Assembly (NCBI GenBank): GCA_021159235.1 | Contig: JAGGSF010000018.1 | Location: 1 to 36,550, forward strand | Direction: 5' to 3' | DNA length: 36,550 nt | Origin: Deltaproteobacteria bacterium | Lineage (GTDB): Bacteria; Campylobacterota_A; Desulfurellia; JAGGSF01 | Part shown: positions 1-8,496 of the stretch, in pieces | How the letters are laid out: each line of letters opens with the position of its first letter | Position numbering within the stretch: the stretch's first letter is position 1 | Notes under the pieces: model-generated | Seen by the model: the letters and a program-made list of their open reading frames with translations, nothing else | Told to the model about the DNA's origin: nothing | The model's database searches: none | Program-made: the position numbers and the translations under genes

Positions 1-266
1 TGCTGGTGGGTCAAGGGATGTTGTAGTAACATGTGGAATACCCCGGGTATCTTTAATATCTGAAATACCTTGGAAAAGATAGATATCTTCTCTTTCTTTG
101 CAACTATTGGAGATTTCAATAAAGACATCAGCTTTACATCGGTCTTCAACACTTCCAATAGATTTTTCATACTGCTCAGTATATCATCATAATTATATTT
201 ATAATCCTCACACAACTTCATCAAGGATTTCGCATACCGTCTTGCAATTCCCCCCGCTCTTCTCAT
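1..266 (-). CDS. atpH: F-type ATP synthase subunit delta (OSCP), N-terminal part only; runs off the left edge
   Basis: Not in the ORF track because there is no stop in the window. Manual minus-strand translation from ATG 266..264 gives MRRAGGIARRYAKSLMKLCEDYKYNYDDILSSMKNLLEVLKTDVKLMSLLKSPIVAKKEKISIFSKVFQILKIPGVFHMLLQHPLTHQ, open to position 3. IARRYAKSL near the N-terminus is the typical delta/OSCP start. The ATG overlaps the atpF stop (ATGA at 263-266). The order b'-b-delta is canonical. Confidence 0.8.
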   Translation of the reverse strand, partial: MRRAGGIARRYAKSLMKLCEDYKYNYDDILSSMKNLLEVLKTDVKLMSLLKSPIVAKKEKISIFSKVFQILKIPGVFHMLLQHPLTHQ

Positions 267-805
267 CTTATCCTATCTCCTAAAGCAGCAAGAGATTTTG
301 CATTTATTTTCCTGTGAAGAGAATCGGATGCTTCCTTTAAACGTCCTTTTACCATTTCTATTGATCTTTCCACAATACTCGTTACAACCTCTCTCCGCGC
401 ATTCTTCTCTATCATCTCCTTTTCCAGACCTTTACTCTTCTCAATTATCTCTATCATCTCTTTAGCTCTCTCCAATATGCTTTTCCCTTCCTTTATTCCC
501 ATGGCACGATTTAGACTCATGATTTCTTCTACTTCCCTGTTTGCTTGAGAGAGTTTCTTCTCTGCTTCCCTGAGCATTTTCATAGCTTCATTAAAAGACC
601 TTTTTGCATCCTCTACCTCTTTCCATATCTTTTCCCTTCTATTCTTAAAGAAAACGCCCACCGGCTTCTTCAACACATAATACAAAAACGCAACAAAGAT
701 AACAAAATTGATAACCCTCCATGCCATATGTGCGGGAATTCCCTCCTCACCGCCATAAGCGCAAGCGGGAAACAGTATGAGAAAGACAAGCAGCAATAAT
801 CTCAT
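263..805 (-). CDS. atpF: F-type ATP synthase subunit b
   Basis: 180-aa ORF with a hydrophobic N-terminal segment including WRVINFVIFVAFLYYVLKKPV. This is followed by a long charged helical region (KIWKEVEDAKRSFNEAMKMLREAEKKL...). It lies between a second b-like gene and atpH. Confidence 0.8.
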   Translation of the reverse strand: MRLLLLVFLILFPACAYGGEEGIPAHMAWRVINFVIFVAFLYYVLKKPVGVFFKNRREKIWKEVEDAKRSFNEAMKMLREAEKKLSQANREVEEIMSLNRAMGIKEGKSILERAKEMIEIIEKSKGLEKEMIEKNARREVVTSIVERSIEMVKGRLKEASDSLHRKINAKSLAALGDRIR

Positions 806-814
806 GTCTTACCT

Positions 815-1228
815 TTAAAATAAATCTTTAAGTATCTTATCAGCAATAACATTAGAAAGGTTTTCTCCCTGTTCTAATTCTCTTCTTTTTACCTCTTCTA
901 CACGCTTGTTAAAATCATGAATCTCCGTTTTCAACCTCTCGTTTGTTTCATATAAAAGCTTATCCCTCTTCGAAATTGCCTCCTGAATGAGATTATTGTA
1001 CAATTTTTTTCCCTCTGCCCGAGCATTTTTCAATATCTCTTCATATTCCGCCTTTTTTTCTTCTGCATTCTCAGTAATTTTCTCCGCCTGTGAAAGTTGA
1101 GATTCTATATCCTCTCTACGCTTGCCCATTGTAGAAAGAATGGGCTTATACAGTATAATATTAAGCAGAAAAAGAAGAAACAAAAAAGCAATTATCTGTG
1201 CAATAATCATGCTGTTAAGTTCTACCAT
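815..1228 (-). CDS. atpF2: F-type ATP synthase subunit b' (second b-like subunit)
   Basis: The ORF track gives 815..1306. The ATG at 1228 is preceded by GGAGG with a 5-nt spacer (TTGGAGGCAGAGATG) and yields MVELNSMIIAQIIAFLFLLFLLNIILYKP..., one TM helix plus a charged helix as in b/b'. The longer form would overlap the permease gene and adds a non-b-like N-terminus. Confidence 0.75.
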   Translation of the reverse strand: MVELNSMIIAQIIAFLFLLFLLNIILYKPILSTMGKRREDIESQLSQAEKITENAEEKKAEYEEILKNARAEGKKLYNNLIQEAISKRDKLLYETNERLKTEIHDFNKRVEEVKRRELEQGENLSNVIADKILKDLF

Positions 1229-1244
1229 CTCTGCCTCCAAAGGA

Positions 1245-1273
1245 AATTTACCATACATGTTCTCTTTATGCAA
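1245..1273 (-). promoter_or_regulatory. Candidate sigma70-type promoter for atpF'-atpF-atpH
   Basis: The minus strand reads TTGCAT (1273..1268), a 17-nt spacer, then TAAATT (1250..1245), followed about 10 nt later by the GGAGG of the b' gene. It lies in the 56-nt gap after the permease stop. Consensus match only. Confidence 0.3.
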
Positions 1274-1284
1274 GTATGGCACAT

Positions 1285-2943
1285 TTATCCTCCAATAATC
1301 AACCACAGGGTAGAAATAATAAGGTTCACCACTGTTACCGGTCCACCAACCTTAAAAAAATCCGCAAATCTTAACGGAAAACCTGATCTTTCCAAAAGTC
1401 CAGCAGTAACAACATTTGCACTTGCTCCGATAAGTGTCCCATTTCCTCCAAAACAGGCACCTAAGGACAATGCCCACCATAAAATATCGGGACGGGAGGA
1501 AGGAATAGTAGATGTCAGATAAGCCACCACCGGGAGCATGGTCGCTGTAAACGGGATATTATCAATAACAGCTGAAGCAGCAGCAGAAACCCACATAATT
1601 AGCATCATAGCTGCAATCAAATTGCCACCTGAAAGATCCCTTATCCAGGATGCAACAAGTTGAATTACACCGGTAGAAATTGTAGCTCCCACCACAATAA
1701 ACAACATAACAAAAAAAACCAGTGTAGGCCATTCTATTTCTCTTTCTATTACCTCTACAATATCTACCCCGCTTATTATAAGAATCATAGCCGCGCCTGC
1801 CAGGGCGGCAATACAGGGCTCCATATTTAAAAAGCCGTGAACAATAAACATAAATATAACAAAAATTAGAACAAAGAGACAATATTTGAGGAGTTTCCTA
1901 TCCGTTATACTACATTCTTTCCTCAACTTAGTTAAAAGTTCATCTATATCCTTTATTTTCGCTTCCTTGTATTCCTTTCCATAATAGAGTTTCACTAAAA
2001 ATACATCGACAACCAAAACAATCAGTACAACGGGAAAAAGATTGATGAGGAAATCATTGAATGTCAAATGAGCATAAGAACCTATCAAAATATTGGGAGG
2101 GTCACCTATCAATGTAGCTGTTCCTCCTATATTTGAGGCTAAAACCATGGGTATAAGTAAACTAAAGGGAGATACACCCAAAACCCGTGCAATTTCCATA
2201 GAAACAGGAGTAATAAGAAGCATGGTGGTTACATTATCCAAAAAAGCAGATAGAATGGCAGTGATAAACATGAAAATTGCAGAAAGTAAGAATATATTTC
2301 CCTTTGAAATGGAAAAGGATTTGTATGCCAGCCACTGGAAAACACCTGTTTTTTTCATCACCCCCACAATGATCATCATTCCCATCAAGAGTAATATCAC
2401 ATTTAGATCCACAGATTTTGCCGCTTCTTCAAACGAAATAATAAAATAGTCTTCATTTAAAGTGCCCAGAGTATAAGAGATAAATAGAACCAGAGCGGCT
2501 CCCAGGGATGCAGCCAATGTTCTATGTATAAGCTCAAAAGAAATCAACCCAAAGACTATAACAAGAACAAAAAGAGAAATATAGAATGCAGGGGTAATTG
2601 TTCTGTCCAGCATAGGGCTTATATGGAAGAAGTATATTTGCTTTTGTGTGTTATAGCTACGGGTAGATATATTTTCTGTTACCCTTTTGTAGTTGCTTTT
2701 GTAAAATTGTATACAGAGACTTCTGGGTTCTTCACCTAAGGTTGCAGTAAGATTATACGCTCCATTATCCCCAGAGTATGTCTCTGCTATCTTGTTGTTA
2801 TCATGAAACAGTTTAACCCCTACTCCACATACTGGTTCACCATGCGTATTTCTCACCACCCCACTTACATTTATGACATCTGCCTGGGCAGAAAACGAAA
2901 AGATAAAAACAAAAATCACAGATAAAAACAGCTTCTTGAGCAT
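1285..2943 (-). CDS. ArsB/NhaD-superfamily (CitMHS/YbiR-like) permease with N-terminal signal peptide and a carboxypeptidase-regulatory-like beta-sandwich domain
   Basis: 552-aa ORF. The polytopic body carries family-typical stretches (AFLDNVTTMLLITPV, ASNIGGTATLIGDPPNILIG, LSLGACFGGNGTLIGASANVV). The N-terminus has MLKKLFLSVIFVFIFSFSAQA followed by VINVSGVVRNTHGEPVCGVGVKLF...SGDNGAYNLT. Confidence 0.8.
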   Translation of the reverse strand: MLKKLFLSVIFVFIFSFSAQADVINVSGVVRNTHGEPVCGVGVKLFHDNNKIAETYSGDNGAYNLTATLGEEPRSLCIQFYKSNYKRVTENISTRSYNTQKQIYFFHISPMLDRTITPAFYISLFVLVIVFGLISFELIHRTLAASLGAALVLFISYTLGTLNEDYFIISFEEAAKSVDLNVILLLMGMMIIVGVMKKTGVFQWLAYKSFSISKGNIFLLSAIFMFITAILSAFLDNVTTMLLITPVSMEIARVLGVSPFSLLIPMVLASNIGGTATLIGDPPNILIGSYAHLTFNDFLINLFPVVLIVLVVDVFLVKLYYGKEYKEAKIKDIDELLTKLRKECSITDRKLLKYCLFVLIFVIFMFIVHGFLNMEPCIAALAGAAMILIISGVDIVEVIEREIEWPTLVFFVMLFIVVGATISTGVIQLVASWIRDLSGGNLIAAMMLIMWVSAAASAVIDNIPFTATMLPVVAYLTSTIPSSRPDILWWALSLGACFGGNGTLIGASANVVTAGLLERSGFPLRFADFFKVGGPVTVVNLIISTLWLIIGG

Positions 2944-3013
2944 AGTATTAGTCTTTCATTGTTGCATTTTTCACTGAAAATATCAATGTCTTTCTAACTA
3001 AATGTTTTAAAAA

Positions 3014-3025
3014 TGTCACGTGACA
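3014..3025. promoter_or_regulatory. Perfect 12-bp palindrome TGTCACGTGACA in the divergent permease/metE control region (candidate operator)
   Basis: Read directly from the sequence. It is centred about 50 nt upstream of the predicted metE transcription start and about 75 nt upstream of the permease ATG. The function is inferred only. Confidence 0.3.
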
Positions 3026-3034
3026 ATGTAATGC

Positions 3035-3063
3035 TTGATTTTTTAAGTGTCAGCCTCTAAACT
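3035..3063 (+). promoter_or_regulatory. Candidate sigma70-type promoter for metE
   Basis: TTGATT (3035-3040), a 17-nt spacer, then TAAACT (3058-3063). AGGAGG lies 6 nt before the ATG at 3095, implying a leader of only about 25 nt. Confidence 0.35.
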
Positions 3064-3094
3064 TTAAGCCAATGTAAATGTTTAGGAGGAACAG

Positions 3095-5308
3095 ATGATA
3101 TTAACTGGAAACATTGGCTTTCCCACCATTGGCCCACACAGGGAGCTGAAAAGGGTTGTGGAAGGTGTGTGGAGAGGAGAAAAAAGCTTAGATGAAATGA
3201 TAAAGGAAAGGGAAAAACTGCTTATCATAAGAGCTACCCTCCAGAGAGAAAAAAACATTGACTTCATTCCCTGCGGAGATTTCAGTTTTTATGACAGGAT
3301 GCTGGATCTGGCAGTATCCTTCAACTGTATACCGAAAAGATTTAAAGATGTAAGGGAAAACCTGTATTTTTCTTTAGCCCGCGGAACAGAAAACATCCCT
3401 CCCCTGAAGATGGTTAAGTGGTTCAATACAAACTACCATTACATCGTTCCAGAAATAGAAAAGAACCAGAAACTGGAATTAAGGGAAAGTGATGTTCTGA
3501 AAGATTTTCTTTTTCTCAAAAAAGAAGGTTTCTCGTGTATTCCCACCATAATTGGCCCGTTCACATTTCTGAAACTCAGCAACACAGAAGAGCCCTTAAC
3601 TACACTTGCCGAGAAGATCATTCCGCTCTACAGTTTGCTCTTGGAAAAACTAAAACAGGCAGGAGCAAAATGGATAAGCCTGGAAGAACCTGCCCTTGTC
3701 CTGGATGTTACAGAAGAAGAGATAAAAATGGTAAAAGAAATGTATAAACAGATTAAATACAATCACTCTATTATATTACAAACCTACTTTGAAAGCGTAT
3801 CCTTCTACGATGAAATAGTGAACCTACCCGTAGGCGGTACAGGATTAGATATAGTAAACGGAAAGGAAAATATCAACAATCTTATGAAGTATTTTCCAGA
3901 GGACAAACTACTGTTCTTAGGTGTAATCAACGGAAGAAATGTGTGGAAGACAGATATAAAGAAAACAGTGAATGTGGTAAAAAGAATAATAGAAAAGGTA
4001 AATCCCTCTATATGCGTATTACAACCCTCAACCAGTCTCATGTTTGTTCCCTGGTCACTGGAAGGAGAAAAGAACATGCCTTCAGAGATAAAACAACTGC
4101 TTGCCTTTGCAGTAGAAAAACTGGATGAACTTTCCACTATTAAAAAAGTAATAGTTGAAGGGAAAATAAAACAGGACACAGCAGAGTTTACAGGAATAAA
4201 AAGAGAAAATATAAAAAACAGGATAGCAAATCTGAAAGAAAGCGATTTTCAAAGGTCTCTACCCTATAAAGAAAGAAGAGAAAAACAGCAAAAGATGTTA
4301 AACCTCCCTTTATTTCCTACCACCACCATCGGCAGTTTTCCCCAGGATAAAATATTGAGAAAAACAAGAAAAATGTACAAAGATAATCTTATTACCGAGG
4401 AAGAATATAAATCATTCATAAGGGAAAAGATATCGCATGTGATAGGATTACAGGAAGGTTTAGGATTGGATGTATTTGTGCATGGAGAATTTGAAAGATC
4501 AGATATGGTAGAATATTTTGGTGAAAAGCTGGAAGGTATGATGCCTACAGAAAATGGATGGGTTCTTTCTTATGGCACCAGATGTATTCGCCCCCCCATT
4601 ATATTCGGAGACATAGAACGCACAAAGTCTTTAACAAAAGATGAAATTGTATTTGCACAGAATCTAACCGAAAAACCTGTCAAAGGTATGCTCACAGGAG
4701 CAGTTACAATACTCAACTGGTCCTTTCCCAGAGAGGACATTCCACGGTATGAAATTGCCTATCAAATTGCATTAGCTTTAAGAGATGAAATAAGAGAACT
4801 GGAAGAAAATGGAATAAAGATCATTCAGATAGATGAACCAGCATTCAGAGAAGGATTGCCGTTAAAGAAAGAAAAGCGAGAGGAATACATCTCCTGGGCG
4901 GTAAAGGCATTCAGACTGGCCACATCAGGAGCAAAGCCAGAAACACAAATCCACACTCACATGTGTTATTCCGAATTTGGCGATATTATTGAAGCCATAG
5001 ATGCGTTAGATGCCGATGTTATATCCATTGAGGCAACACGCAGCAAGGGAGAAATTATCCAGGCATTTGAAAATTTCAAGTATGAAAGAGAAATAGGATT
5101 TGGCGTTTACGACATACACAGTCCCCGTATACCTTCTACAGATGAAATGCTGAAAATAGCAAACCGGGCTCTACGCATATTGAAAAAGGAACAGATATGG
5201 ATAAATCCAGACTGCGGACTAAAAACACGTAACTGGAAGGAAGTCATCCCATCGTTAAGGAATCTTGTTCAAGCAGCACGTATTTTAAGAAAAAGATACA
5301 CTACTTAG
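3095..5308 (+). CDS. metE: Cobalamin-independent methionine synthase (5-methyltetrahydropteroyltriglutamate-homocysteine S-methyltransferase)
   Basis: 737-aa ORF with two Meth_synt-type halves. The N-terminus [19 protein letters not shown] is typical. The C-terminal Zn-site motifs are HTHMCYSEF and NPDCGLKTR. There is a strong SD. Confidence 0.95.
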   Translation: MILTGNIGFPTIGPHRELKRVVEGVWRGEKSLDEMIKEREKLLIIRATLQREKNIDFIPCGDFSFYDRMLDLAVSFNCIPKRFKDVRENLYFSLARGTENIPPLKMVKWFNTNYHYIVPEIEKNQKLELRESDVLKDFLFLKKEGFSCIPTIIGPFTFLKLSNTEEPLTTLAEKIIPLYSLLLEKLKQAGAKWISLEEPALVLDVTEEEIKMVKEMYKQIKYNHSIILQTYFESVSFYDEIVNLPVGGTGLDIVNGKENINNLMKYFPEDKLLFLGVINGRNVWKTDIKKTVNVVKRIIEKVNPSICVLQPSTSLMFVPWSLEGEKNMPSEIKQLLAFAVEKLDELSTIKKVIVEGKIKQDTAEFTGIKRENIKNRIANLKESDFQRSLPYKERREKQQKMLNLPLFPTTTIGSFPQDKILRKTRKMYKDNLITEEEYKSFIREKISHVIGLQEGLGLDVFVHGEFERSDMVEYFGEKLEGMMPTENGWVLSYGTRCIRPPIIFGDIERTKSLTKDEIVFAQNLTEKPVKGMLTGAVTILNWSFPREDIPRYEIAYQIALALRDEIRELEENGIKIIQIDEPAFREGLPLKKEKREEYISWAVKAFRLATSGAKPETQIHTHMCYSEFGDIIEAIDALDADVISIEATRSKGEIIQAFENFKYEREIGFGVYDIHSPRIPSTDEMLKIANRALRILKKEQIWINPDCGLKTRNWKEVIPSLRNLVQAARILRKRYTT

Positions 5309-7892
5309 AGAAAATTATTTTCCCTTCTGTTAGTTTTGCCTTTATGTGGTCTCCTTTTACAAATTTTCCACTCAGTATTTCACCTGCAAGTTTATCTTCT
5401 ATCATGTTTTGAATAACCCTTCTTAAAGGTCTTGCTCCATATACCCTATCAAAACCTACATCAGCAATAAATCTTACCACCTCATCCTCAAAATCTATGC
5501 TAAAACCTTTATCTTCCACCTTGCTCTGCGTCTTTTTAAGAAGAAGCTTAACAATTTCCTCAATCTGTTCCTTACCCAAGGGGTTAAAAATAATAATCTT
5601 ATCTATTCTGTTTAGAAACTCCGGTCGAAATGTCCTCTTCACTTCCTCAAAAATCTGTTTCTTGGCCTGAGCAAATTTTATATCAAAGTCCTCATCAGAA
5701 GGGATAAAGGAAAGATACTGACTGCCTAAATTAGAGGTCATAATAATAATGGTATTGCGGAAATCCACTGTAACTCCCTTGGAATCAGTTAATCTTCCAT
5801 CATCCAGAACCTGCAACAAGATGTTGAACACATCCTGATGTGCCTTTTCTATTTCATCCAATAAAACTACAGAATAGGGTCTCCTTCGCACCGCTTCCGT
5901 CAACTGTCCACCTTCCTCATATCCCACATAGCCTGGCGGCGCACCAATTAGTCTGGAGACAGAATACTTCTCCATGTATTCAGACATATCTATACGCACC
6001 ATCGCTTTCTCATCATCAAATAGAAACTCTGCCAGTGCCTTTGACAGTTCTGTTTTTCCCACGCCAGTAGGACCCAAAAACATAAACGAGCCAATGGGAC
6101 GATTAGGGTCAGATAATCCTGCCCTGGAACGCCTTATAGCATCACTTACAGCCTTAACCGCCTCACTTTGTCCTACAATCCTCTTTTCTATCCGTTCCTC
6201 CATCTTGAGCAACTTCTCTTTCTCGGATTCCAACATCCTCGAAACAGGAATACCTGTCCACCGGGAAACAACCGAGGCAATTTCATCCTCCGTCACTTCC
6301 TGTCTTAACAATGCTCCGTCTTTCTGAACATCCATCAATTTTTTGTTTTGCTGTTCATACTCCTTCATGAGCCGAGGCATCTCACCATATTTTAATCGTG
6401 ATGCCTCCTCCAACTTTCCCTCTCTCTCCGCACTCTCCACCTTCATCTTTATCTCTTCTATTTTTCTGCTTATCTCCTGAATGCGCTTAATTATCCCTTT
6501 TTCCAGTTGCCAGCGAGAAATAAGTTCTTCCTGCCTTTCCTTCAAATTGGACAACTCCTTCTCTATATCATTCAATCTTTTCAGGGAATCTTCATCAGAC
6601 TCCTTCTTCAATGCCTGTTTCTCTATTTCCAGCTGTAGTATCTTTCTCTTTATATCATCTATGGGCTGTGGTTCACTCTCCAGTTGAGTGCGCAGAAGTG
6701 CTGCTGCTTCATCCACCAAATCAATAGCCTTATCCGGCAGATAGCGATCGGCAATATACCTATTGGAAAGTGTAGCTGCAGCGATCAACGCAGAATCCTT
6801 TATCCTCACACCATGATGAACCTCATATCTTTCCTTCAATCCCCTCAAGATAGAGATTGTCTCCTGAATGGAAGGTTCTCCAACATAAACCGGCTGAAAA
6901 CGACGCTGCAAGGCAGCATCCTTCTCTATGTACCTCCTATACTCTTTTATAGTGGTTGCTCCCACACACCTCAACTCTCCCTTTGCTAAAGCAGGCTTCA
7001 ACATATTGGATGCATCAACCGAACCTTCCGCAGAACCCGCACCTACAATAGTATGCAGTTCATCAATGAACAATATTATCTTACCTTCCAACCGTCTCAC
7101 TTCATTTAAGACCGCCTTTACCCTCTCCTCAAATTCTCCACGAAACTTGCTGCCGGCAACCAGAGATGCAACATCCAGAGCAACAACCTTCTTTCCTCTT
7201 AAACTTTCGGGCACATCACCCTTTACAATCCTTTGAGCAAGACCCTCTACAACCGCGGTTTTACCTACACCTGGCAAACCAATTAAAACAGGATTATTCT
7301 TGGTGCGGCGACAGAGAATCTGAATGGTTCTTCTTATTTCATCTTCCCTGCCGATGACGGGATCCAGCTTACCCAAACGAGCAAGCTCCGTAAGATCCCT
7401 TCCATATTTTTTTAACGCCTCATATTTCTCTTCCGGATACTGATCAACAACCCTCTGCCCCCCTCTTATGTCCACCAACGCCTTCATTATCTCTTCTCTC
7501 TCCACGCCCGAATCTCTCAGCAGAGAGGATACTTTACCTATCTGAGTCATGGCAAGGAGAAGATGTTCTGCACTGATATACTCGTCCTGTAATTCCTTTG
7601 CCTCTTCCTCTGCCTTTGTTAATACATTGTTCAACTCCGAAGAAAGATAAATCTGTCCTTGAGAAGACAGAACATGAGGCAATCTATCCAGCTCCTGTTC
7701 TGTTTTTTGCCTTAATAAACTTACACTGACACCTAAGCGGTGAAGAATGGAATTCACTATACCTTTTTCATCCTCGAGTAAGGCAAGGAAAAGATGAAGA
7801 GAGGTAAGTTCTTGATGTTTCCTTGATATGGCAACATCCCTTGCCCGTTCTAACGCTTCCTGGGATTTAATGGTAAATTTCTCTAAGTTCAT
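5301..7892 (-). CDS. clpB: ClpB AAA+ disaggregase
   Basis: 863-aa ORF with a Clp_N repeat N-terminus. It has two Walker A sites ([16 protein letters not shown]) and a long coiled-coil middle domain between the NBDs. The C-terminal motif GARPLRR is present. Confidence 0.95.
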   Translation of the reverse strand: MNLEKFTIKSQEALERARDVAISRKHQELTSLHLFLALLEDEKGIVNSILHRLGVSVSLLRQKTEQELDRLPHVLSSQGQIYLSSELNNVLTKAEEEAKELQDEYISAEHLLLAMTQIGKVSSLLRDSGVEREEIMKALVDIRGGQRVVDQYPEEKYEALKKYGRDLTELARLGKLDPVIGREDEIRRTIQILCRRTKNNPVLIGLPGVGKTAVVEGLAQRIVKGDVPESLRGKKVVALDVASLVAGSKFRGEFEERVKAVLNEVRRLEGKIILFIDELHTIVGAGSAEGSVDASNMLKPALAKGELRCVGATTIKEYRRYIEKDAALQRRFQPVYVGEPSIQETISILRGLKERYEVHHGVRIKDSALIAAATLSNRYIADRYLPDKAIDLVDEAAALLRTQLESEPQPIDDIKRKILQLEIEKQALKKESDEDSLKRLNDIEKELSNLKERQEELISRWQLEKGIIKRIQEISRKIEEIKMKVESAEREGKLEEASRLKYGEMPRLMKEYEQQNKKLMDVQKDGALLRQEVTEDEIASVVSRWTGIPVSRMLESEKEKLLKMEERIEKRIVGQSEAVKAVSDAIRRSRAGLSDPNRPIGSFMFLGPTGVGKTELSKALAEFLFDDEKAMVRIDMSEYMEKYSVSRLIGAPPGYVGYEEGGQLTEAVRRRPYSVVLLDEIEKAHQDVFNILLQVLDDGRLTDSKGVTVDFRNTIIIMTSNLGSQYLSFIPSDEDFDIKFAQAKKQIFEEVKRTFRPEFLNRIDKIIIFNPLGKEQIEEIVKLLLKKTQSKVEDKGFSIDFEDEVVRFIADVGFDRVYGARPLRRVIQNMIEDKLAGEILSGKFVKGDHIKAKLTEGKIIFSK

Positions 7893-7912
7893 TTTTTATT
7901 CTTCTTTATAGA

Positions 7913-7932
7913 GTAAGGGCAAAAACCCTTAC
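7913..7932 (-). promoter_or_regulatory. 7-bp stem-loop between hsp20 and clpB, overlapping the hsp20 stop codon
   Basis: The minus-strand RNA is GUAAGGG-UUUUUG-CCCUUAC. The 5' arm contains the UAA stop of hsp20. There is no U-tract after the stem (UCUAUAAAGAAG...), so it is not a classical intrinsic terminator. Confidence 0.4.
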
Positions 7933-8375
7933 TCTACATCTACAGGAATTTCCTTGGACTTTGCTTCTTCTTTCTTGGGAATGCTGAGCTTCAAAACACC
8001 GTTTTCATATTTTGCCTTTATCTTTGTTGAATCTACATTGTCAGGAAGATAGAATGAACGGGAAAAGGAACCATAATTACGTTCTACACGATAATAACCT
8101 TCTTTCTTTTCTTCCCTCTCTAATTTCCTCTCCCCGCTAACGGTTAATGTTTTGTCTTCCACCTTTACCTTTATATCTTCCTTCTTCATCCCTGGAACTT
8201 CCACATCTAAATAGATGCTATCCTTATCTTCATAGATATCCACCGCCGGTAACCATTTAGATGTAGCACGCTCACCGCTTTTCACAAAATCTGGCATCAA
8301 TCCTTCAAATAGACGGTTGATTCTGTCCTGTAATGTGGAAAGTTCCTCAAAAGGTTCCCAGACTTTCAATGCCAT
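7929..8375 (-). CDS. Small heat-shock protein, Hsp20/alpha-crystallin family (canonical form)
   Basis: 148-aa ORF with an alpha-crystallin core (PAVDIYEDKDSIYLDVEVPGMKKEDIKVKV...GERK...ERNYGSFSRSFYLP...YENGVLKLSIPK). It has a C-terminal I-x-V tail (KEIPVDVE). A strong SD AGGAGGTGAG lies upstream. Confidence 0.9.
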   Translation of the reverse strand: MALKVWEPFEELSTLQDRINRLFEGLMPDFVKSGERATSKWLPAVDIYEDKDSIYLDVEVPGMKKEDIKVKVEDKTLTVSGERKLEREEKKEGYYRVERNYGSFSRSFYLPDNVDSTKIKAKYENGVLKLSIPKKEEAKSKEIPVDVE

Positions 8376-8409
8376 AACTCACCTCCTGAAATGATAATTT
8401 TCAACCAGT

Positions 8410-8437
8410 AATATAATTCTAAGTCCACTATTGTCAA
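8410..8437 (-). promoter_or_regulatory. Candidate sigma70-type promoter for hsp20-clpB
   Basis: The minus strand reads TTGACA (8437..8432), a 16-nt spacer, then TATATT (8415..8410). The predicted leader is about 28 nt and contains the SD. Confidence 0.5.
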
Positions 8438-8438
8438 G
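8418..8438 (-). promoter_or_regulatory. HAIR-like (HspR operator-like) site overlapping the hsp20 promoter
   Basis: The minus strand reads CTTGACA-N7-ACTTAGA, against the HAIR consensus CTTGAGT-N7-ACTCAAG (5/7 and 4/7 matches, correct spacing). The left half contains the -35 hexamer. Confidence 0.35.
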
Positions 8439-8459
8439 TTTTACAAAAAAAATCTTAAA

Positions 8460-8480
8460 GTTGACATAATTAGACTTAAG
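8460..8480 (+). promoter_or_regulatory. HAIR-like (HspR operator-like) site overlapping the cbpA-hspR promoter
   Basis: The plus strand reads GTTGACA-N7-ACTTAAG against CTTGAGT-N7-ACTCAAG (4/7 and 6/7 matches, correct spacing). The left half contains the -35 hexamer. Its centre is 42 bp from the centre of the other site. Confidence 0.4.
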
Positions 8481-8489
8481 TATTATATA
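8461..8489 (+). promoter_or_regulatory. Candidate sigma70-type promoter for cbpA-hspR
   Basis: TTGACA (8461-8466), a 17-nt spacer, then TATATA (8484-8489). The ATG of cbpA begins at 8497, 8 nt after the -10 hexamer. Confidence 0.55.
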
Positions 8490-8496
8490 TTAAGCT

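Noticed and set aside
98-283. 61-aa plus-strand ORF from the ORF track
   Set aside because: It lies antisense to the open atpH reading frame (and the end of atpF), which has a clear OSCP-type N-terminus. The plus-strand product is low-complexity (Ser/Ile/His/Tyr-rich) and has no SD.
1229-1306. Longer N-termini given by the ORF track for b' (start 1306), lolD (start 30230) and bamA (start 29575)
   Set aside because: The upstream starts lack SD sequences and add non-homologous residues ahead of a TM helix, ABC N-terminus or signal peptide. They also create long overlaps. The internal starts at 1228 (ATG), 30206 (GTG, GTGA overlap) and 29539 (ATG) have SD motifs at correct spacing.
2944-3094. 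Possible SAM, cobalamin or T-box leader in front of metE
   Set aside because: I could not find the conserved cores of these elements (no B12 box, no S-box helices, no T-box sequence). The predicted leader is too short (about 25 nt). An Rfam scan should confirm this.
8376-8496. CIRCE (HrcA operator) in the chaperone control region
   Set aside because: There is no TTAGCACTC-N9-GAGTGCTAA-like inverted repeat. The symmetric elements present fit the HspR/HAIR geometry instead, and an hspR gene is adjacent.
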